A stretch of DNA of 20,000 nucleotides, taken from the sequence record SRR22947727_1968; one strand, given 5' to 3'. Shown one piece after another: positions 7,619 to 18,018 of the stretch. A program made the position numbers and the translations under genes. The notes beneath the pieces are model-generated. The model saw only the letters and a program-made list of their open reading frames with translations. It was not told the origin of the DNA and made no database searches. Positions within the stretch are counted from its first letter, which is position 1. The number at the start of each line of letters is the position of its first letter.

Positions 7619-9808
7619 TTAGTAAAAACTCTGCGGATCAATATCAATCGACAAGCGGAGGGCATTTGGCAGCTTGAATAGGGCTATCCAAGCGGTCAAA
7701 GCCGCTTGAATAGGGGCGTTTTTTTCTGCCTTAATTAAGAGCCGTACCCTATGGCGCCCACGGATGCGGGCAATTGGCGCTGGGGCCGGTCCGAAAATCT
7801 GTGCACCGATCTGTGTCAAAGGCTGACAATTGCGCGCCATGGCCTGACCAACCTCAAAGGCCTCCTGCGCATCGGGTGAGGATAATACAACCCCAACCAA
7901 GCGGCCATAGGGTGGCACGCCGGCTTGTGCGCGGGCTTGCGCTTCGGCGCTCCAAAAGGCCTCTTCATCCCCATCCAGAATTGCGCGGATGACCGGGTGC
8001 TCTGGCTGATGGGTTTGCAGGGCCGCCACCCCCGGCTTGTCGGACCGTCCAGCGCGACCGGCCACTTGACGCATCAGCTGGAAGGTTCGTTCTGCGGCGC
8101 GCAGGTCCGAACCTTGAAGCCCTAAATCTGCGTCAATCACCCCAACCAAGGTTAACTTTGGGAAGTTATGCCCTTTGGCGACCAGCTGCGTGCCAATGAT
8201 CACATCCACCTCCCCGGCGGCAAGTTTGGCGATTTGCTCTTTCAATGCGCGCGCTGAGCCAAATAAATCAGAGGAGAGAACCGCGACTTTCGCCTCGGGG
8301 AAAAGCGCTGTGGCCTCCTCGGCCAATCGCTCCACACCGGGCCCCACCACAGCCAAACGGTCTTCTGCCGCACAACTGGGACAAATTTTTGGTACTGGTT
8401 TGCTTTCGCCACATTGGTGACACATTAGGCGCTTGAGAAAGCGATGCTCGACCATCCGCGCATCGCAATGATCGCAACCCACTTGATTGCCACAAGCCCG
8501 GCAGAGCGTGATGGGCGCATAACCGCGGCGATTGATAAAGAGCAAGGATTGCTCCCCTGCCTGAATGCGTGCCTCAACCATCTTTTGCAGGCGGGGGGAT
8601 ATCCAACGATCTGCAGGCAGCGTTTCTTGCCGCATATCAATCGCCATCATCTCGGGCAAAACTGACGCTCCAAAGCGGCTTTTCAGTTCAATTTTCGTAT
8701 ATTTTCCGGCCTCGACATTGGCCCAACTTTCGAGACTGGGCGTGGCGCTGGCCAGCACCACCTGCCCGCCAACCAAAGACGCGCGCAGCACGGCCATGTC
8801 CCGCGCATTATACAGCACGCCGTCCTCTTGCTTGTAGCTGCTGTCGTGTTCCTCATCGACAACGATCAGCCCCAAATCTTGAAAGGGTAGAAACAAAGCC
8901 GACCGGGCCCCCACGACCATTTGCGCATGACCTTGCCCCACCATTTTCCAAGTGCGGCGCCGCTCTGTCATGGTCACACCCGAATGCCATTCCGCCGGGC
9001 GTGCGCCAAAGCGGGCCTCAACCCGGGTCAAAAATTCTGCTGTCAAAGCGATTTCAGGCAACAAGACCAAGGCCTGTCGCCCCTCGTTGAGGCAGCTTGC
9101 CACCGCCTCCAAATAGACCTCCGTTTTGCCCGATCCAGTGACACCTTTCAAAAGCGTCGTGCGATAGCCCGCGGAATTTGCCTGCAATTGCGCAACCGCT
9201 GCGGCCTGATCTTCTGACAGGCTCTTGCCGGGCAGGCTTGGGTTTAAATGCGCAAAGGGCATATCTTGCGGCGTGGCCAGCTCCTCCACCGCCCCCAGTT
9301 TCACCAGGCCTTTAACCACCGATGAGGTGACGCCTGCCGCATCGGACAATTCCTTGAGTGTGAAACTCAGCTCAGCAAATTCTTCCAAAACCGCGAGCAC
9401 TTTTTGCCGCGCATCGGTCATACGGGCCTCGGTCTGTGCACCCAAACAGTAAACCTGCCGCATCGAGGGCGGATCTCCCAAGCCCGGCGCGCGCGTGGCC
9501 AGGCGCAGCATTTTCGACATAGGTGTGAGCGTATACTCCGAGACCCGACGCAAGAATTCTGCCATACTCTGTTGCATGGGCGCCACATCAAGCACGCGGA
9601 TCACCGAGCGGATCTTGGCGTGTTCATAATCCCCCGCGCCGGCCCGCCAGACGACACCCAAGACCTTGCGCGGTCCCAAGGGCACCTCAACAAAGGCCCC
9701 CTGCCAGCATCCCCCTTCAGGCGCCTTATAATCCAGCACCCGATCCAGCGGTTGGCTGGTTAAGACGGCAACCAAATCACCTTGATGAAAGAATTGAGGC
9801 TCTGACAC
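7619..9808 (-). CDS. priA: Primosomal protein N' (replication restart helicase)
   Basis: [38 protein letters not shown], four CxxC pairs (CRAC, CDHC, CHQC, CPSC) and [11 protein letters not shown] start. Confidence 0.97.
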   Translation of the reverse strand: MSEPQFFHQGDLVAVLTSQPLDRVLDYKAPEGGCWQGAFVEVPLGPRKVLGVVWRAGAGDYEHAKIRSVIRVLDVAPMQQSMAEFLRRVSEYTLTPMSKMLRLATRAPGLGDPPSMRQVYCLGAQTEARMTDARQKVLAVLEEFAELSFTLKELSDAAGVTSSVVKGLVKLGAVEELATPQDMPFAHLNPSLPGKSLSEDQAAAVAQLQANSAGYRTTLLKGVTGSGKTEVYLEAVASCLNEGRQALVLLPEIALTAEFLTRVEARFGARPAEWHSGVTMTERRRTWKMVGQGHAQMVVGARSALFLPFQDLGLIVVDEEHDSSYKQEDGVLYNARDMAVLRASLVGGQVVLASATPSLESWANVEAGKYTKIELKSRFGASVLPEMMAIDMRQETLPADRWISPRLQKMVEARIQAGEQSLLFINRRGYAPITLCRACGNQVGCDHCDARMVEHRFLKRLMCHQCGESKPVPKICPSCAAEDRLAVVGPGVERLAEEATALFPEAKVAVLSSDLFGSARALKEQIAKLAAGEVDVIIGTQLVAKGHNFPKLTLVGVIDADLGLQGSDLRAAERTFQLMRQVAGRAGRSDKPGVAALQTHQPEHPVIRAILDGDEEAFWSAEAQARAQAGVPPYGRLVGVVLSSPDAQEAFEVGQAMARNCQPLTQIGAQIFGPAPAPIARIRGRHRVRLLIKAEKNAPIQAALTAWIALFKLPNALRLSIDIDPQSFY

Positions 9809-9897
9809 AGCATTTCCTTAACAGCAGGGCTTTCAGTACCCTAAAAACTCCGATAAAGCTTGCCCCAACGAAGGCCAACCTATCAAGGACATACGCC

Positions 9898-10551
9898 ATG
9901 AAATTTTTTGTTGATACTGCTGAAATAGACGCAATTGCCGAATTGAACGATTTGGGCATGGTCGACGGGGTGACGACCAACCCCTCTTTGATCTTGAAAT
10001 CTGGCCGTGATATCATTGAAGTTACACGCGAAATTTGCGAATTGGTCTCCGGTCCGGTTAGCGCAGAAGTGGTTGCGACCAAAGCGGAAGATATGATCGC
10101 CGAAGGGCGTAAGCTGGCGGAAATTGCGCCGAACATCACCGTCAAACTGCCGCTGACTTGGGACGGGCTCAAAGCCTGTAAGACCTTGTCGGGTGAAGGC
10201 AAAATGGTGAATGTCACCCTCTGCTTCAGCGCCAACCAAGCACTTTTGGCCGCCAAGGCTGGAGCCACCTTCATCAGCCCCTTCATTGGCCGCCTGGATG
10301 ATGTGAACATCGACGGCATGGATTTAATCGCAGATATCCGCCAAATTTATGACAACTTTGGTTTCGATACACAAATTTTGGCCGCTTCTATCCGCACAGT
10401 GAACCATGTCACGCAATCGGCCTTGATTGGGGCAGATGTGATCACAGCGCCGCCAAATGTGATCAAATCCCTGGCCAATCACCCTTTGACCGACAAGGGT
10501 TTGGAGCAATTTATGTCAGATTGGGCAAAAACAGGGCAGAAAATTCTCTAA
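9898..10551 (+). CDS. tal: Transaldolase, short TalC/FSA-like subfamily
   Basis: [21 protein letters not shown], Schiff-base Lys in [20 protein letters not shown] and LAASIR. AAGGA RBS. Confidence 0.92.
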   Translation: MKFFVDTAEIDAIAELNDLGMVDGVTTNPSLILKSGRDIIEVTREICELVSGPVSAEVVATKAEDMIAEGRKLAEIAPNITVKLPLTWDGLKACKTLSGEGKMVNVTLCFSANQALLAAKAGATFISPFIGRLDDVNIDGMDLIADIRQIYDNFGFDTQILAASIRTVNHVTQSALIGADVITAPPNVIKSLANHPLTDKGLEQFMSDWAKTGQKIL

Positions 10552-10612
10552 CCTATGGTAAGCCTGTCTCCATGCAATGGGGACCGCCATCGCATAAGTG
10601 AATGGGACAGCC

Positions 10613-11317
10613 ATGACACCGCAAACCGCAGCGCAGGCCGAAGAAATCTTGCGCGATATCATCACCCAGAATCCACGGATCGTTCTAGACGCCCCGGAGG
10701 TGATGCGCGCATTACTGACGGCCCATGATGAGACTTTGGGTCAAAATATTGTGGACTTGCGCAGCGTGGCCATGCACCGGCTTGAAGCGCAATTGGGCCG
10801 GCTGGAAGAAACCAACCGCTCCGTTATTGCGGCCGCTTACGACAACCTCGCCGGCACGCAGCAAATCCATCGCGCCTTGCTGAAAATCATGGAGCCGACC
10901 GATTTTGGCGGGTTCTTGACCATGATTGGCGCAGAGATGGTCGATATTTTGCGGATCGACTATGCCTGTTTGATTCTGGAAACGCAGACTCAAAGTCCCG
11001 ATCCCAACCTCGCGCCGCTTGGCCCTGTTGTGAAACCGGCCCCGATCGGCTTTGTCTCCCATTACCTGTCCCAAAACTTAGAGGCCAAGGTGACCCTGCG
11101 CACGGTCACAAAGCCGGATGTTTTTGTCTACCCTGAAGCCACTGGGCCTGTGGGGTCTGAGGCTTGTTTGCAGCTGGATTTTGGCGCCGGCACCCTGCCC
11201 GGACTTTTGGTCCTTGGCGCCAAGGATGCCGAGCAATTTTCCCCCGCCCAGGGAACAGATTTGTTGACATTCTTTGCAACAATCTTTGAACGCGCCCTGC
11301 GCCGGTGGCTGACATAG
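10613..11317 (+). CDS. DUF484 (YigA-like) family protein
   Basis: NIVDLR followed by a coiled coil, then a GAF-like C-terminus (GLLVLGA...F.P.QGTDLL.F), directly upstream of xerC. Start ATG 10613 or GTG 10598. Confidence 0.85.
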   Translation: MTPQTAAQAEEILRDIITQNPRIVLDAPEVMRALLTAHDETLGQNIVDLRSVAMHRLEAQLGRLEETNRSVIAAAYDNLAGTQQIHRALLKIMEPTDFGGFLTMIGAEMVDILRIDYACLILETQTQSPDPNLAPLGPVVKPAPIGFVSHYLSQNLEAKVTLRTVTKPDVFVYPEATGPVGSEACLQLDFGAGTLPGLLVLGAKDAEQFSPAQGTDLLTFFATIFERALRRWLT

Positions 11318-11323
11318 GGGGCG

Positions 11324-12265
11324 ATGATGTCACAGAGGCCTGACCTCACCTTGATATCACCGGCTATTCGCGATGCCATGGAGCATTGGCTGTCTCACGA
11401 GCGCGCTTTAAAATCTGCGGCTGACAATACCCTTAGCGCCTACGCAACCGACGTGGCTGGATTTACCGCCTTCATGGCCCAACATCGCGGCGGACGGCAG
11501 GGGTTGTCGTCTCTGGCCGCCATCGCCACACGCGATATGCGCGCGTGGATGGCACATGAGCGCGGCCGCGGAGTGAGCAGCCGCAGTTTAGCGCGATCTC
11601 TCTCTGCGGTGAAAACCTTCTTTCGTTGGCTCGCCGAGCGCCATGCGCTTGCGCCAACCGCCGTTTTATCGGCACGCGCGCCAAAATTCGAACGCAAACT
11701 GCCCCGTCCTTTGACCGAAGATGCCGCTCATGAAATGATTGGAACCGTCGAGATGCAGGCCCAAGAGGATTGGATCGCCGCTCGCGATGCGGCAGTATTA
11801 ACCCTGCTCTATGGTTGCGGCCTGCGGATATCGGAGGCCCTCGGATTAACCGGGGCAGATCACCCATTGCCCGATGTCCTGCGCATCACCGGAAAAGGCG
11901 GCAAGCAAAGATTGGTGCCGGTCCTGCCGGTGGCCCGCACCGCTGTCACGCGGTATGTGGAGCTCTGCCCCTTTCACATCAGAGCAAAGGATCCGATCTT
12001 TCGAGGAAAGCGCGGCGGGGCATTGGGGCCAGGAATGGTTCAAAAATCCATGCGCATGGCTCGGATGCAATTGGGTCTGCCGGCAAGTGCCACCCCCCAC
12101 GCCATGCGCCACTCCTTTGCCACACATCTGCTCAGCGCCGGCGGTGACCTGCGCACCATCCAAGAGCTGCTGGGCCATGCTTCGCTCTCGACCACGCAAA
12201 CCTATACCGCGGTTGACAGCGGGCGATTGATGGACATTTACAACGCCGCCCACCCCAAAGCTTGA
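11324..12265 (+). CDS. xerC: Tyrosine recombinase XerC
   Basis: Complete catalytic set: YGCGLRISE (R), GKGGK (K), HAMRHSFATH (HxxR), LGHA (H), TQTYT (Y). DUF484-xerC synteny. Confidence 0.92.
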   Translation: MMSQRPDLTLISPAIRDAMEHWLSHERALKSAADNTLSAYATDVAGFTAFMAQHRGGRQGLSSLAAIATRDMRAWMAHERGRGVSSRSLARSLSAVKTFFRWLAERHALAPTAVLSARAPKFERKLPRPLTEDAAHEMIGTVEMQAQEDWIAARDAAVLTLLYGCGLRISEALGLTGADHPLPDVLRITGKGGKQRLVPVLPVARTAVTRYVELCPFHIRAKDPIFRGKRGGALGPGMVQKSMRMARMQLGLPASATPHAMRHSFATHLLSAGGDLRTIQELLGHASLSTTQTYTAVDSGRLMDIYNAAHPKA

Positions 12266-12300
12266 TTGCCACCGGCTGAGAATTGCGCCTATATGGGAGC

Positions 12301-12990
12301 ATGGATATTCGATTAAAAGCCTTGGCAGTTCACTTTCTGACTGCAACCGGAGCTGTTTTTGCCATGTTGGCAATGCTGGAAGCGGTCAATGAAAAATGGG
12401 ACATGATGTTTGTCTGGCTTGTGGTGGCGTTTTTCGTCGATGGAATCGATGGTCCCTTAGCCCGTCGCTATGATGTCAAAACCAATGCCCCACTCTTCGA
12501 TGGGGTGCTGCTCGATTTAATCATCGATTACCTCACCTATGTGTTCATTCCTGCCTATGCCCTCTTTGCCAGCGGCTTGCTGGCTGGGTGGTCGGGATGG
12601 GTGGCGATCATTGTCATCACTTTCGCCAGCGCGATGTATTTCGCAGATCAGCGTATGAAGACAAAAGACAATTCCTTTCAGGGCTTTCCAGGCGCTTGGA
12701 ATATGGCGGTGATTGTCATCTTTGCCACCGAACCCAACCATTGGGTCATTCTTGCGGCGGTGGCGCTCCTGGCCATTTCAATGTTCCTGCCACTCAAATT
12801 TGTCCACCCCGTGCGCACGGAGCGCTGGCGCCCTCTGACCCTGCCCATTGCTTTGACCTGGGTGGGCTTCGCCGCTTGGGCCGCTTGGGGCAATTTCACC
12901 GAGGTTTATTTGGCCAATCTCGGCTTGGTGGCCTGTTCGGCCTATCTTCTCTTTGCCGGCATTGCTCAGCAAATGAGTGCGAAATCCTAG
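12301..12990 (+). CDS. pcs: Phosphatidylcholine synthase (CDP-alcohol phosphatidyltransferase family)
   Basis: VHFLTATG, DGIDGPLARR...FDGVLLDLIIDYLTYVFIPA, FQGFPGAWN and KFVHPVR motifs; multi-TM. Start ATG 12301. Confidence 0.9.
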   Translation: MDIRLKALAVHFLTATGAVFAMLAMLEAVNEKWDMMFVWLVVAFFVDGIDGPLARRYDVKTNAPLFDGVLLDLIIDYLTYVFIPAYALFASGLLAGWSGWVAIIVITFASAMYFADQRMKTKDNSFQGFPGAWNMAVIVIFATEPNHWVILAAVALLAISMFLPLKFVHPVRTERWRPLTLPIALTWVGFAAWAAWGNFTEVYLANLGLVACSAYLLFAGIAQQMSAKS

Positions 12991-13823
12991 AATCGGGTAA
13001 GAATTACCCCCGCAACGATCACCAGACCGGCCAAAATTTTGGTCGGCCCCATTGTGTCGCGAAAGAACAACCAACCCAACAGCATCGCGAATAGGATGGA
13101 GCTTTCACGCAAAGCGGTGACCAGGGCAATTGGCGCTTTCGTCATCGCCCAAACCACAAGCGCGTAAGCGATAAAAGAAGCAAACCCGGCCAAAAGCCCA
13201 AGGGCAATCTGCCCACCGCCGCGCGGAAGAACCGAACGACCGCGTAATGCCAATATTACAGGGGTGTAAAACACCGCAGAGAGAACCAGCAACCACGAGA
13301 CATAGGCCAGCGCATCCCCCATCACCCGCGCGCCCATCCCATCCACCAGCGAATAGCCCGCCGTCGCGGCCGCAGACCCAAGCGCCAGCGGAATGAGCCT
13401 GCGATCCTCACCCGAGCTGAACACCCCATGCGCCATCAGGACAATCCCCAGTCCCAAAACCAATATCCCCAGCAGATCCAACCCGCGCAGCGAGTCAATG
13501 CCGAATGACAGGCTCACGATCAGAACGATCATCGGCGCAGCCCCCCGGGCAATGGGGTAGACCCGGCTTAAATCGCCACGCTCGTAGGCAAGGCCTAAAA
13601 ACAGTTGGTAAAACATATGAATAAGGCCCGAGGCGATGAGCCAGAGCCAAGCCGTGCCCTGCGGCAGCGAAACAAAGGGGAGAATGCAAAGCCCAAAGAA
13701 GGCATGAGCCAAAGTCAAAAGCAGCATGCCCGATTGCTTGTTTTGTCCAGTTTTGACCAAAGCATTCCAGCCGGCATGCAGCAGCGCGGCAAACACCACC
13801 GAGCTGAACACCAGCCCAGTCAC
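12987..13823 (-). CDS. EamA/DMT-family transporter
   Basis: About 10 hydrophobic helices; LHAGWNALVK, GDLSRVYPIARG, YSLVDGMG and ALRESSILFA motifs. GTG start with GAGGGGG RBS. Confidence 0.9.
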   Translation of the reverse strand: MTGLVFSSVVFAALLHAGWNALVKTGQNKQSGMLLLTLAHAFFGLCILPFVSLPQGTAWLWLIASGLIHMFYQLFLGLAYERGDLSRVYPIARGAAPMIVLIVSLSFGIDSLRGLDLLGILVLGLGIVLMAHGVFSSGEDRRLIPLALGSAAATAGYSLVDGMGARVMGDALAYVSWLLVLSAVFYTPVILALRGRSVLPRGGGQIALGLLAGFASFIAYALVVWAMTKAPIALVTALRESSILFAMLLGWLFFRDTMGPTKILAGLVIVAGVILTRF

Positions 13824-13832
13824 AGCCCCCTC

Positions 13833-13870
13833 ACAAAATAAAGGGAAGCGGGGCGCAGAGGGCGCCCCGC
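13833..13870 (-). terminator. Probable intrinsic terminator of ileS
   Basis: 9-bp GC stem GCGGGGCGC/GCGCCCCGC (13848-13870), 5-nt loop, followed on the minus strand by TTCCCTTTATTTT, about 20 nt after the ileS stop. Confidence 0.7.
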
Positions 13871-13889
13871 CGCAAAATCACAGCTCGCC

Positions 13890-16796
13890 CTAGCGCAACG
13901 CCGCATCGCAGCGCCCACAGACACCGGCGTGACTGTGTTGACCCACATCGGGCAAAATTTTCCAACACCGCTGGCATTTTTCACCGCTGGCTTTCGCAAA
14001 GGACACCGCCACCCCATCTGTGTCTTCTAAGACAAAGGCAGCCTCTGGCGCGGCTTGGGTCGAAATTTCAATGCCAGATGTGATACACAAATCGGCAAAA
14101 CTCACAGATTTCAACACCTCGGCCACCTCTGCGGATACATAGACCACGGGTGCGGCCTCAAGGCTGGAGCCGATGTTCTTTTCACGCCGCTGCACTTCCA
14201 GGGCGCCGGTCACCACACGGCGCACCTTGCGGATGCTGGACCATTTCTCAGCCAAATCCGGATTGGACCAGCGCGATGGGGTCTGCGGCATGTCTTGCAA
14301 ATGCACCGAACTGCCCTCCTCCGGGTGGCGCTCCAGCCAAACCTCTTCCATCGTGAAGGTCAGAACCGGCGCCAGCCAAGTCGTCAAACGGTGATAGAGA
14401 ATATCCAAAACCGTCCGAGCCGCCCGGCGTTCTGCGGTATCGCCATCGCAGTAAAGCACGTCTTTGCGAATATCGAAGTAGAATGATGACAGATCCACGG
14501 TCGCAAATTGGAACAAGGCTTGGAAAACCCCTTGGAAGTCATAGGCTGAGTAGCCTTCCCGGACGGTGGCATCCAATTGCGCCAAACGATGCAATACCCA
14601 TTGCTCCAGCTCAGGCATTGCCTCAGGCGCCACCTGATCTGACGGGGTGAAATCCGCCAGAGAGCCCAGCATAAACCGCATTGTATTGCGCAACCGTCGA
14701 TAGCTATCGGCCACACCTTTGAGGATCTCCGGCCCAATCCTAAGATCACTGGTATAATCGGATTGCGCCACCCAAAGACGCAAAATATCCGCGCCATATT
14801 GCCGGGTCACATCCTCAGGCGAAACGGTATTGCCGATGGATTTGGACATCTTCATGCCCTTTTCATCCAGCGTGAACCCATGGGTCAACACGCCCCGATA
14901 AGGCGCGCGGCCCTGGGTGCCGCAAGATTGCAGCATTGAGGAATGAAACCATCCTCGATGTTGGTCTGTACCTTCAAGATAGAGATCGGCCAAGCCATCA
15001 TCAGACCCATCTGCCCGGTCGCGCAACACAAAAGCATGCGTGGATCCGCTGTCAAACCAAACGTCCAAGATGTCGAACACCTGCGTGAAGTCCTCGGGTG
15101 CCACAATCCCGCTCAAGAAGCGCTCTTTCGCGCCCTCTTTATACCAAGCATCGGCTCCTTCGGCCTCAAAAGCCTCTAACACGCGGGCATTAACCTCTTC
15201 ATTGCGCAGCAGATAATCGTCATCCGTGGGCAGGCTGCCGTTTTTGGTAAAACACGTCAAAGGCACGCCCCAGGCGCGCTGGCGCGACAACACCCAATCG
15301 GGCCGGGCTTCGATCATGGAATACAACCGATTGCGCCCGGTCGGCGGAGTCCAAGTGACAAGCTCATCAATGGAGGTCAGCGCCCGCTCGCGGATGGTCT
15401 TGCCATAGGTGTCTTGCCCATCGTTGACCGGCTTGTCGACGGCAGCAAACCATTGCGGCGTATTGCGATAGATCACAGGCGCCTTAGAGCGCCAGCTGTG
15501 CGGGTAGCTGTGCTTGATTTTGCCACGCGCCAACAAACCACCCACTTCGGCCAGTTTCTCAATAATCGCGCCATTGGCGTTGCCCTCTTTGCCATTGGGC
15601 TTGAGGATCGCCTTGCCGCCAAAGAATGGAAGATCCGCGCGAAAACGCCCATCTTCCATCACGTTATAGGTGATCACCTGCTCCAACATGCCCAAGTCGC
15701 GGTAGAGCTCAAACTCTTCCATGCCGTGCGAGGGTGCACAATGCACAAATCCCGTGCCTTCACTGTCGGTGACAAAATCAGCCGCGCGGAAGTCGCGAAT
15801 ATCATCCCATTCGCCCGCGCCGCCTTCAACACCGTGCAACGGGTGAAGCAGCTGAATCTTCGCCAAATCCTCGGAGGTGATATCACAAAGGCGGCGATAC
15901 ATCGACGGATCAAGACGCGCACGGCCCAAGACATCTTCGGCCAGTGCATCTGACAAAATAAACCGCTCGCCGATCCGGGCCCAGCATTCCTCAGGCCGGC
16001 CGATCACCTCATACAGCCCGTAGGAAATTCCCGCGCCATAGACCACCGCCTTATTCGACGGCATGGTCCAGGGCGTGGTGGTCCATATCACAACTTTCGC
16101 ACTGTCTAATGTCGCATCACCCGTGCCAACCACTTGAAATTTCACCCAAACGGTGAAGCTTTCCTTGTCGTGATATTCCACCTCAGCTTCCGCCAGGGCC
16201 GTTTTCTCCACAGGCGACCACATCACAGGTTTTGACCCTTGATACAGGGTGCCATTCATCAAGAATTTCTGAAATTCCGCCGCGATCACCCGTTCCGCAT
16301 GAAAATCCATCGTCAAATACGGATTTTCCCATTTGCCGGTGATGCCCAGTCGCTTGAATTCATCGCGCTGGATATCGACCCAACCGGCGGCAAATTCGCG
16401 GCATTCCTGACGAAATTCGACCAAAGGAACCGCGTCTTTATCGCGGCCTTTTTTGCGGTATTTCTCTTCTATTTTCCACTCAATCGGCAGCCCGTGACAA
16501 TCCCAACCGGGGATATAGCGCGCATCTCTGCCCATCATTTGCTGCGAGCGCACCACCATATCTTTGAGGATCTTATTGAGCGCATGACCAATGTGCAGGT
16601 TGCCATTGGCATAGGGCGGCCCGTCATGCAGGGTAAAGCTCTCACGCCCTGTTTTCTCGCGCAATCGGTCATAGATGCCGATCTCTTCCCAACGGGCCAG
16701 CCATTCAGGTTCGCGTTTTGGCAGGCCGGCACGCATGGGGAAATCTGTCTTAGGCAGATTGAGAGTGTCTTTGTAGTCAGGTGTTTGCTCGGACAT
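13890..16796 (-). CDS. ileS: Isoleucine--tRNA ligase, bacterial type 1
   Basis: [60 protein letters not shown] and C-terminal Zn finger CQRC..CGRC. Start ATG 16796 ([15 protein letters not shown]). Confidence 0.98.
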   Translation of the reverse strand: MSEQTPDYKDTLNLPKTDFPMRAGLPKREPEWLARWEEIGIYDRLREKTGRESFTLHDGPPYANGNLHIGHALNKILKDMVVRSQQMMGRDARYIPGWDCHGLPIEWKIEEKYRKKGRDKDAVPLVEFRQECREFAAGWVDIQRDEFKRLGITGKWENPYLTMDFHAERVIAAEFQKFLMNGTLYQGSKPVMWSPVEKTALAEAEVEYHDKESFTVWVKFQVVGTGDATLDSAKVVIWTTTPWTMPSNKAVVYGAGISYGLYEVIGRPEECWARIGERFILSDALAEDVLGRARLDPSMYRRLCDITSEDLAKIQLLHPLHGVEGGAGEWDDIRDFRAADFVTDSEGTGFVHCAPSHGMEEFELYRDLGMLEQVITYNVMEDGRFRADLPFFGGKAILKPNGKEGNANGAIIEKLAEVGGLLARGKIKHSYPHSWRSKAPVIYRNTPQWFAAVDKPVNDGQDTYGKTIRERALTSIDELVTWTPPTGRNRLYSMIEARPDWVLSRQRAWGVPLTCFTKNGSLPTDDDYLLRNEEVNARVLEAFEAEGADAWYKEGAKERFLSGIVAPEDFTQVFDILDVWFDSGSTHAFVLRDRADGSDDGLADLYLEGTDQHRGWFHSSMLQSCGTQGRAPYRGVLTHGFTLDEKGMKMSKSIGNTVSPEDVTRQYGADILRLWVAQSDYTSDLRIGPEILKGVADSYRRLRNTMRFMLGSLADFTPSDQVAPEAMPELEQWVLHRLAQLDATVREGYSAYDFQGVFQALFQFATVDLSSFYFDIRKDVLYCDGDTAERRAARTVLDILYHRLTTWLAPVLTFTMEEVWLERHPEEGSSVHLQDMPQTPSRWSNPDLAEKWSSIRKVRRVVTGALEVQRREKNIGSSLEAAPVVYVSAEVAEVLKSVSFADLCITSGIEISTQAAPEAAFVLEDTDGVAVSFAKASGEKCQRCWKILPDVGQHSHAGVCGRCDAALR

Positions 16797-16824
16797 ATCT
16801 CGTCTCATCTTTAATAAACTGGGG

Positions 16825-16885
16825 AAAGGCGGCGCGGTGGGCTCCAACGCCTTTGGCCCGGCAGCTGCATTGTCACAGTGCCGGG
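16825..16885 (-). promoter_or_regulatory. Two tandem hairpins in the ileS leader (putative attenuator)
   Basis: Hairpin 1: CCCGGCA-CUG..CAG-C-UGCCGGG (16885-16857), enclosing the leader stop codon. Hairpin 2: AAAGGCG..CGCCUUU (16854-16825). Confidence 0.6.
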
Positions 16886-16920
16886 GATATAATTCGTAGA
16901 ATGATCAATATCCGTTCCAT
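16873..16920 (-). CDS. Putative Ile-rich leader peptide of ileS ([15 protein letters not shown])
   Basis: ATG GAA CGG ATA TTG ATC ATT CTA CGA ATT ATA TCC CCG GCA CTG TGA: 5 Ile in codons 4-11, ending 76 nt upstream of the ileS start. Confidence 0.75.
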   Translation of the reverse strand: MERILIILRIISPAL

Positions 16921-16929
16921 CTCGCGCCG

Positions 16930-16958
16930 GTTATAGGCCCCTCTGTGCCGCTGCACAA
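16930..16958 (-). promoter_or_regulatory. Putative sigma70 promoter of the ileS leader
   Basis: TTGTGC (16958-16953), 17-nt spacer, TATAAC (16935-16930). The leader ATG follows 9 nt later. Confidence 0.65.
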
Positions 16959-17001
16959 CTGGCTTGACGCAGAGAGTTTGCCGCAGGGCAGAAAATTCCC
17001 T

Positions 17002-18018
17002 TCAGCGCGTCCGATCCGACAGGAAAACGCCCAAGAGTGCCCGCTTCATGAGGCCCGTCACACTGGGGAATGCCCCCGGCTGAAAGGCAAGGGGGCGGCA
17101 CAGCTGCATGGCTGCAACCCCCACCCGCGCGGTCAAAGCCCCATTGATGACACCTTCGCCGAATTTTCTGGAAAACTTGGCCAAAACAGACCCTCCCGCA
17201 ACCGACCCAATGAGATCATCACCAATGGCCACAGCCCCCGTTGCAATCACATGGGCCAAGACCAGACGCGTCAAACGCCAACTGCCAAAAAATCCTGAAC
17301 GGCCGCCATATATCTCAGCAATCTTGCGGATCATGCGCAGATTGGTGACCAGAGTTGCGACCACATCCACCAAGGCGAGCGGCATCAAAGCGGTGAGGGT
17401 CGTGACCTGCCGGGCCGCGGCCTCGATCGTTTGCTCGGCCAAACGGTCCAAAGGCGATAGCAGCGCGCGTTCTGCCGCCTCCATCATCCCATCGGCATCA
17501 AATATGTCTGGTTTTTGCTCCGAAAAACGGGCCATCTGCCAACGCAGCTCCTCCCGGCCACGGTAGAGTGCCTCAAGCTCGGCACAGACAAACTGCGCCT
17601 CGGCCAGTACCCCAGACCCGCGCGCAGCGCTGGCCCTTTGCTGAATTTGATCAATCCGCGTCAAACGGCGCAGGGCCGAGATTTCCTTGCCGACCAAGAC
17701 CAAGGTCGCAACGCTGGCACCCACCAATAAGGCAACGGCCAACCACCCTAGGGCGGGAAAGCGCACGATCAGCCCGGTCAGAAATTCCCAGATGGCCAGG
17801 CACATACTCATCACCACAAAGGCGCTGAAAAACCCAAAAGCCCAGCGCAGCGCCCGGCCAGGACGGCGACCGAGCAGCAGCGTTGTCGCCTGAAAACTGG
17901 TCGAGCGCTGCCCCGCATCCAGCCCCGCCTCAGGGATGGGAGGGGCGGTTTCCGGCGTCACATCTTGATCTGATGCCGGCAGCTCTACAACCAAAGGCGC
18001 ATTGCGTTTCTCATCCAT
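17002..18018 (-). CDS. ycjF: YcjF-family (UPF0283) membrane protein
   Basis: Two N-terminal TM helices, TALMPLALVDV, LRMIRKIAEIYGGR, and KFGEGVINGALTARVGVAAMQLCRPLAF. Downstream of ycjX. Confidence 0.9.
   Translation of the reverse strand: MDEKRNAPLVVELPASDQDVTPETAPPIPEAGLDAGQRSTSFQATTLLLGRRPGRALRWAFGFFSAFVVMSMCLAIWEFLTGLIVRFPALGWLAVALLVGASVATLVLVGKEISALRRLTRIDQIQQRASAARGSGVLAEAQFVCAELEALYRGREELRWQMARFSEQKPDIFDADGMMEAAERALLSPLDRLAEQTIEAAARQVTTLTALMPLALVDVVATLVTNLRMIRKIAEIYGGRSGFFGSWRLTRLVLAHVIATGAVAIGDDLIGSVAGGSVLAKFSRKFGEGVINGALTARVGVAAMQLCRPLAFQPGAFPSVTGLMKRALLGVFLSDRTR

Noticed and set aside
11324-12265. Tyrosine recombinase as a phage or island integrase
   Set aside because: DUF484-xerC context, housekeeping neighbours, and no att repeats, tRNA or cargo genes. 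It is chromosomal XerC.
16797-16847. N-terminal extensions given by the ORF track for ileS (also ccr, the acyltransferase, GNAT, ycjX, recD-like)
   Set aside because: The extensions run through promoter or leader sequence or neighbouring genes. Downstream starts fit RBS or promoter spacing and family N-termini better.
16797-17001. T-box riboswitch upstream of ileS
   Set aside because: No T-box consensus (GGTGGNACCGCG) on the coding strand and the leader is short; the leader peptide explains the region better.
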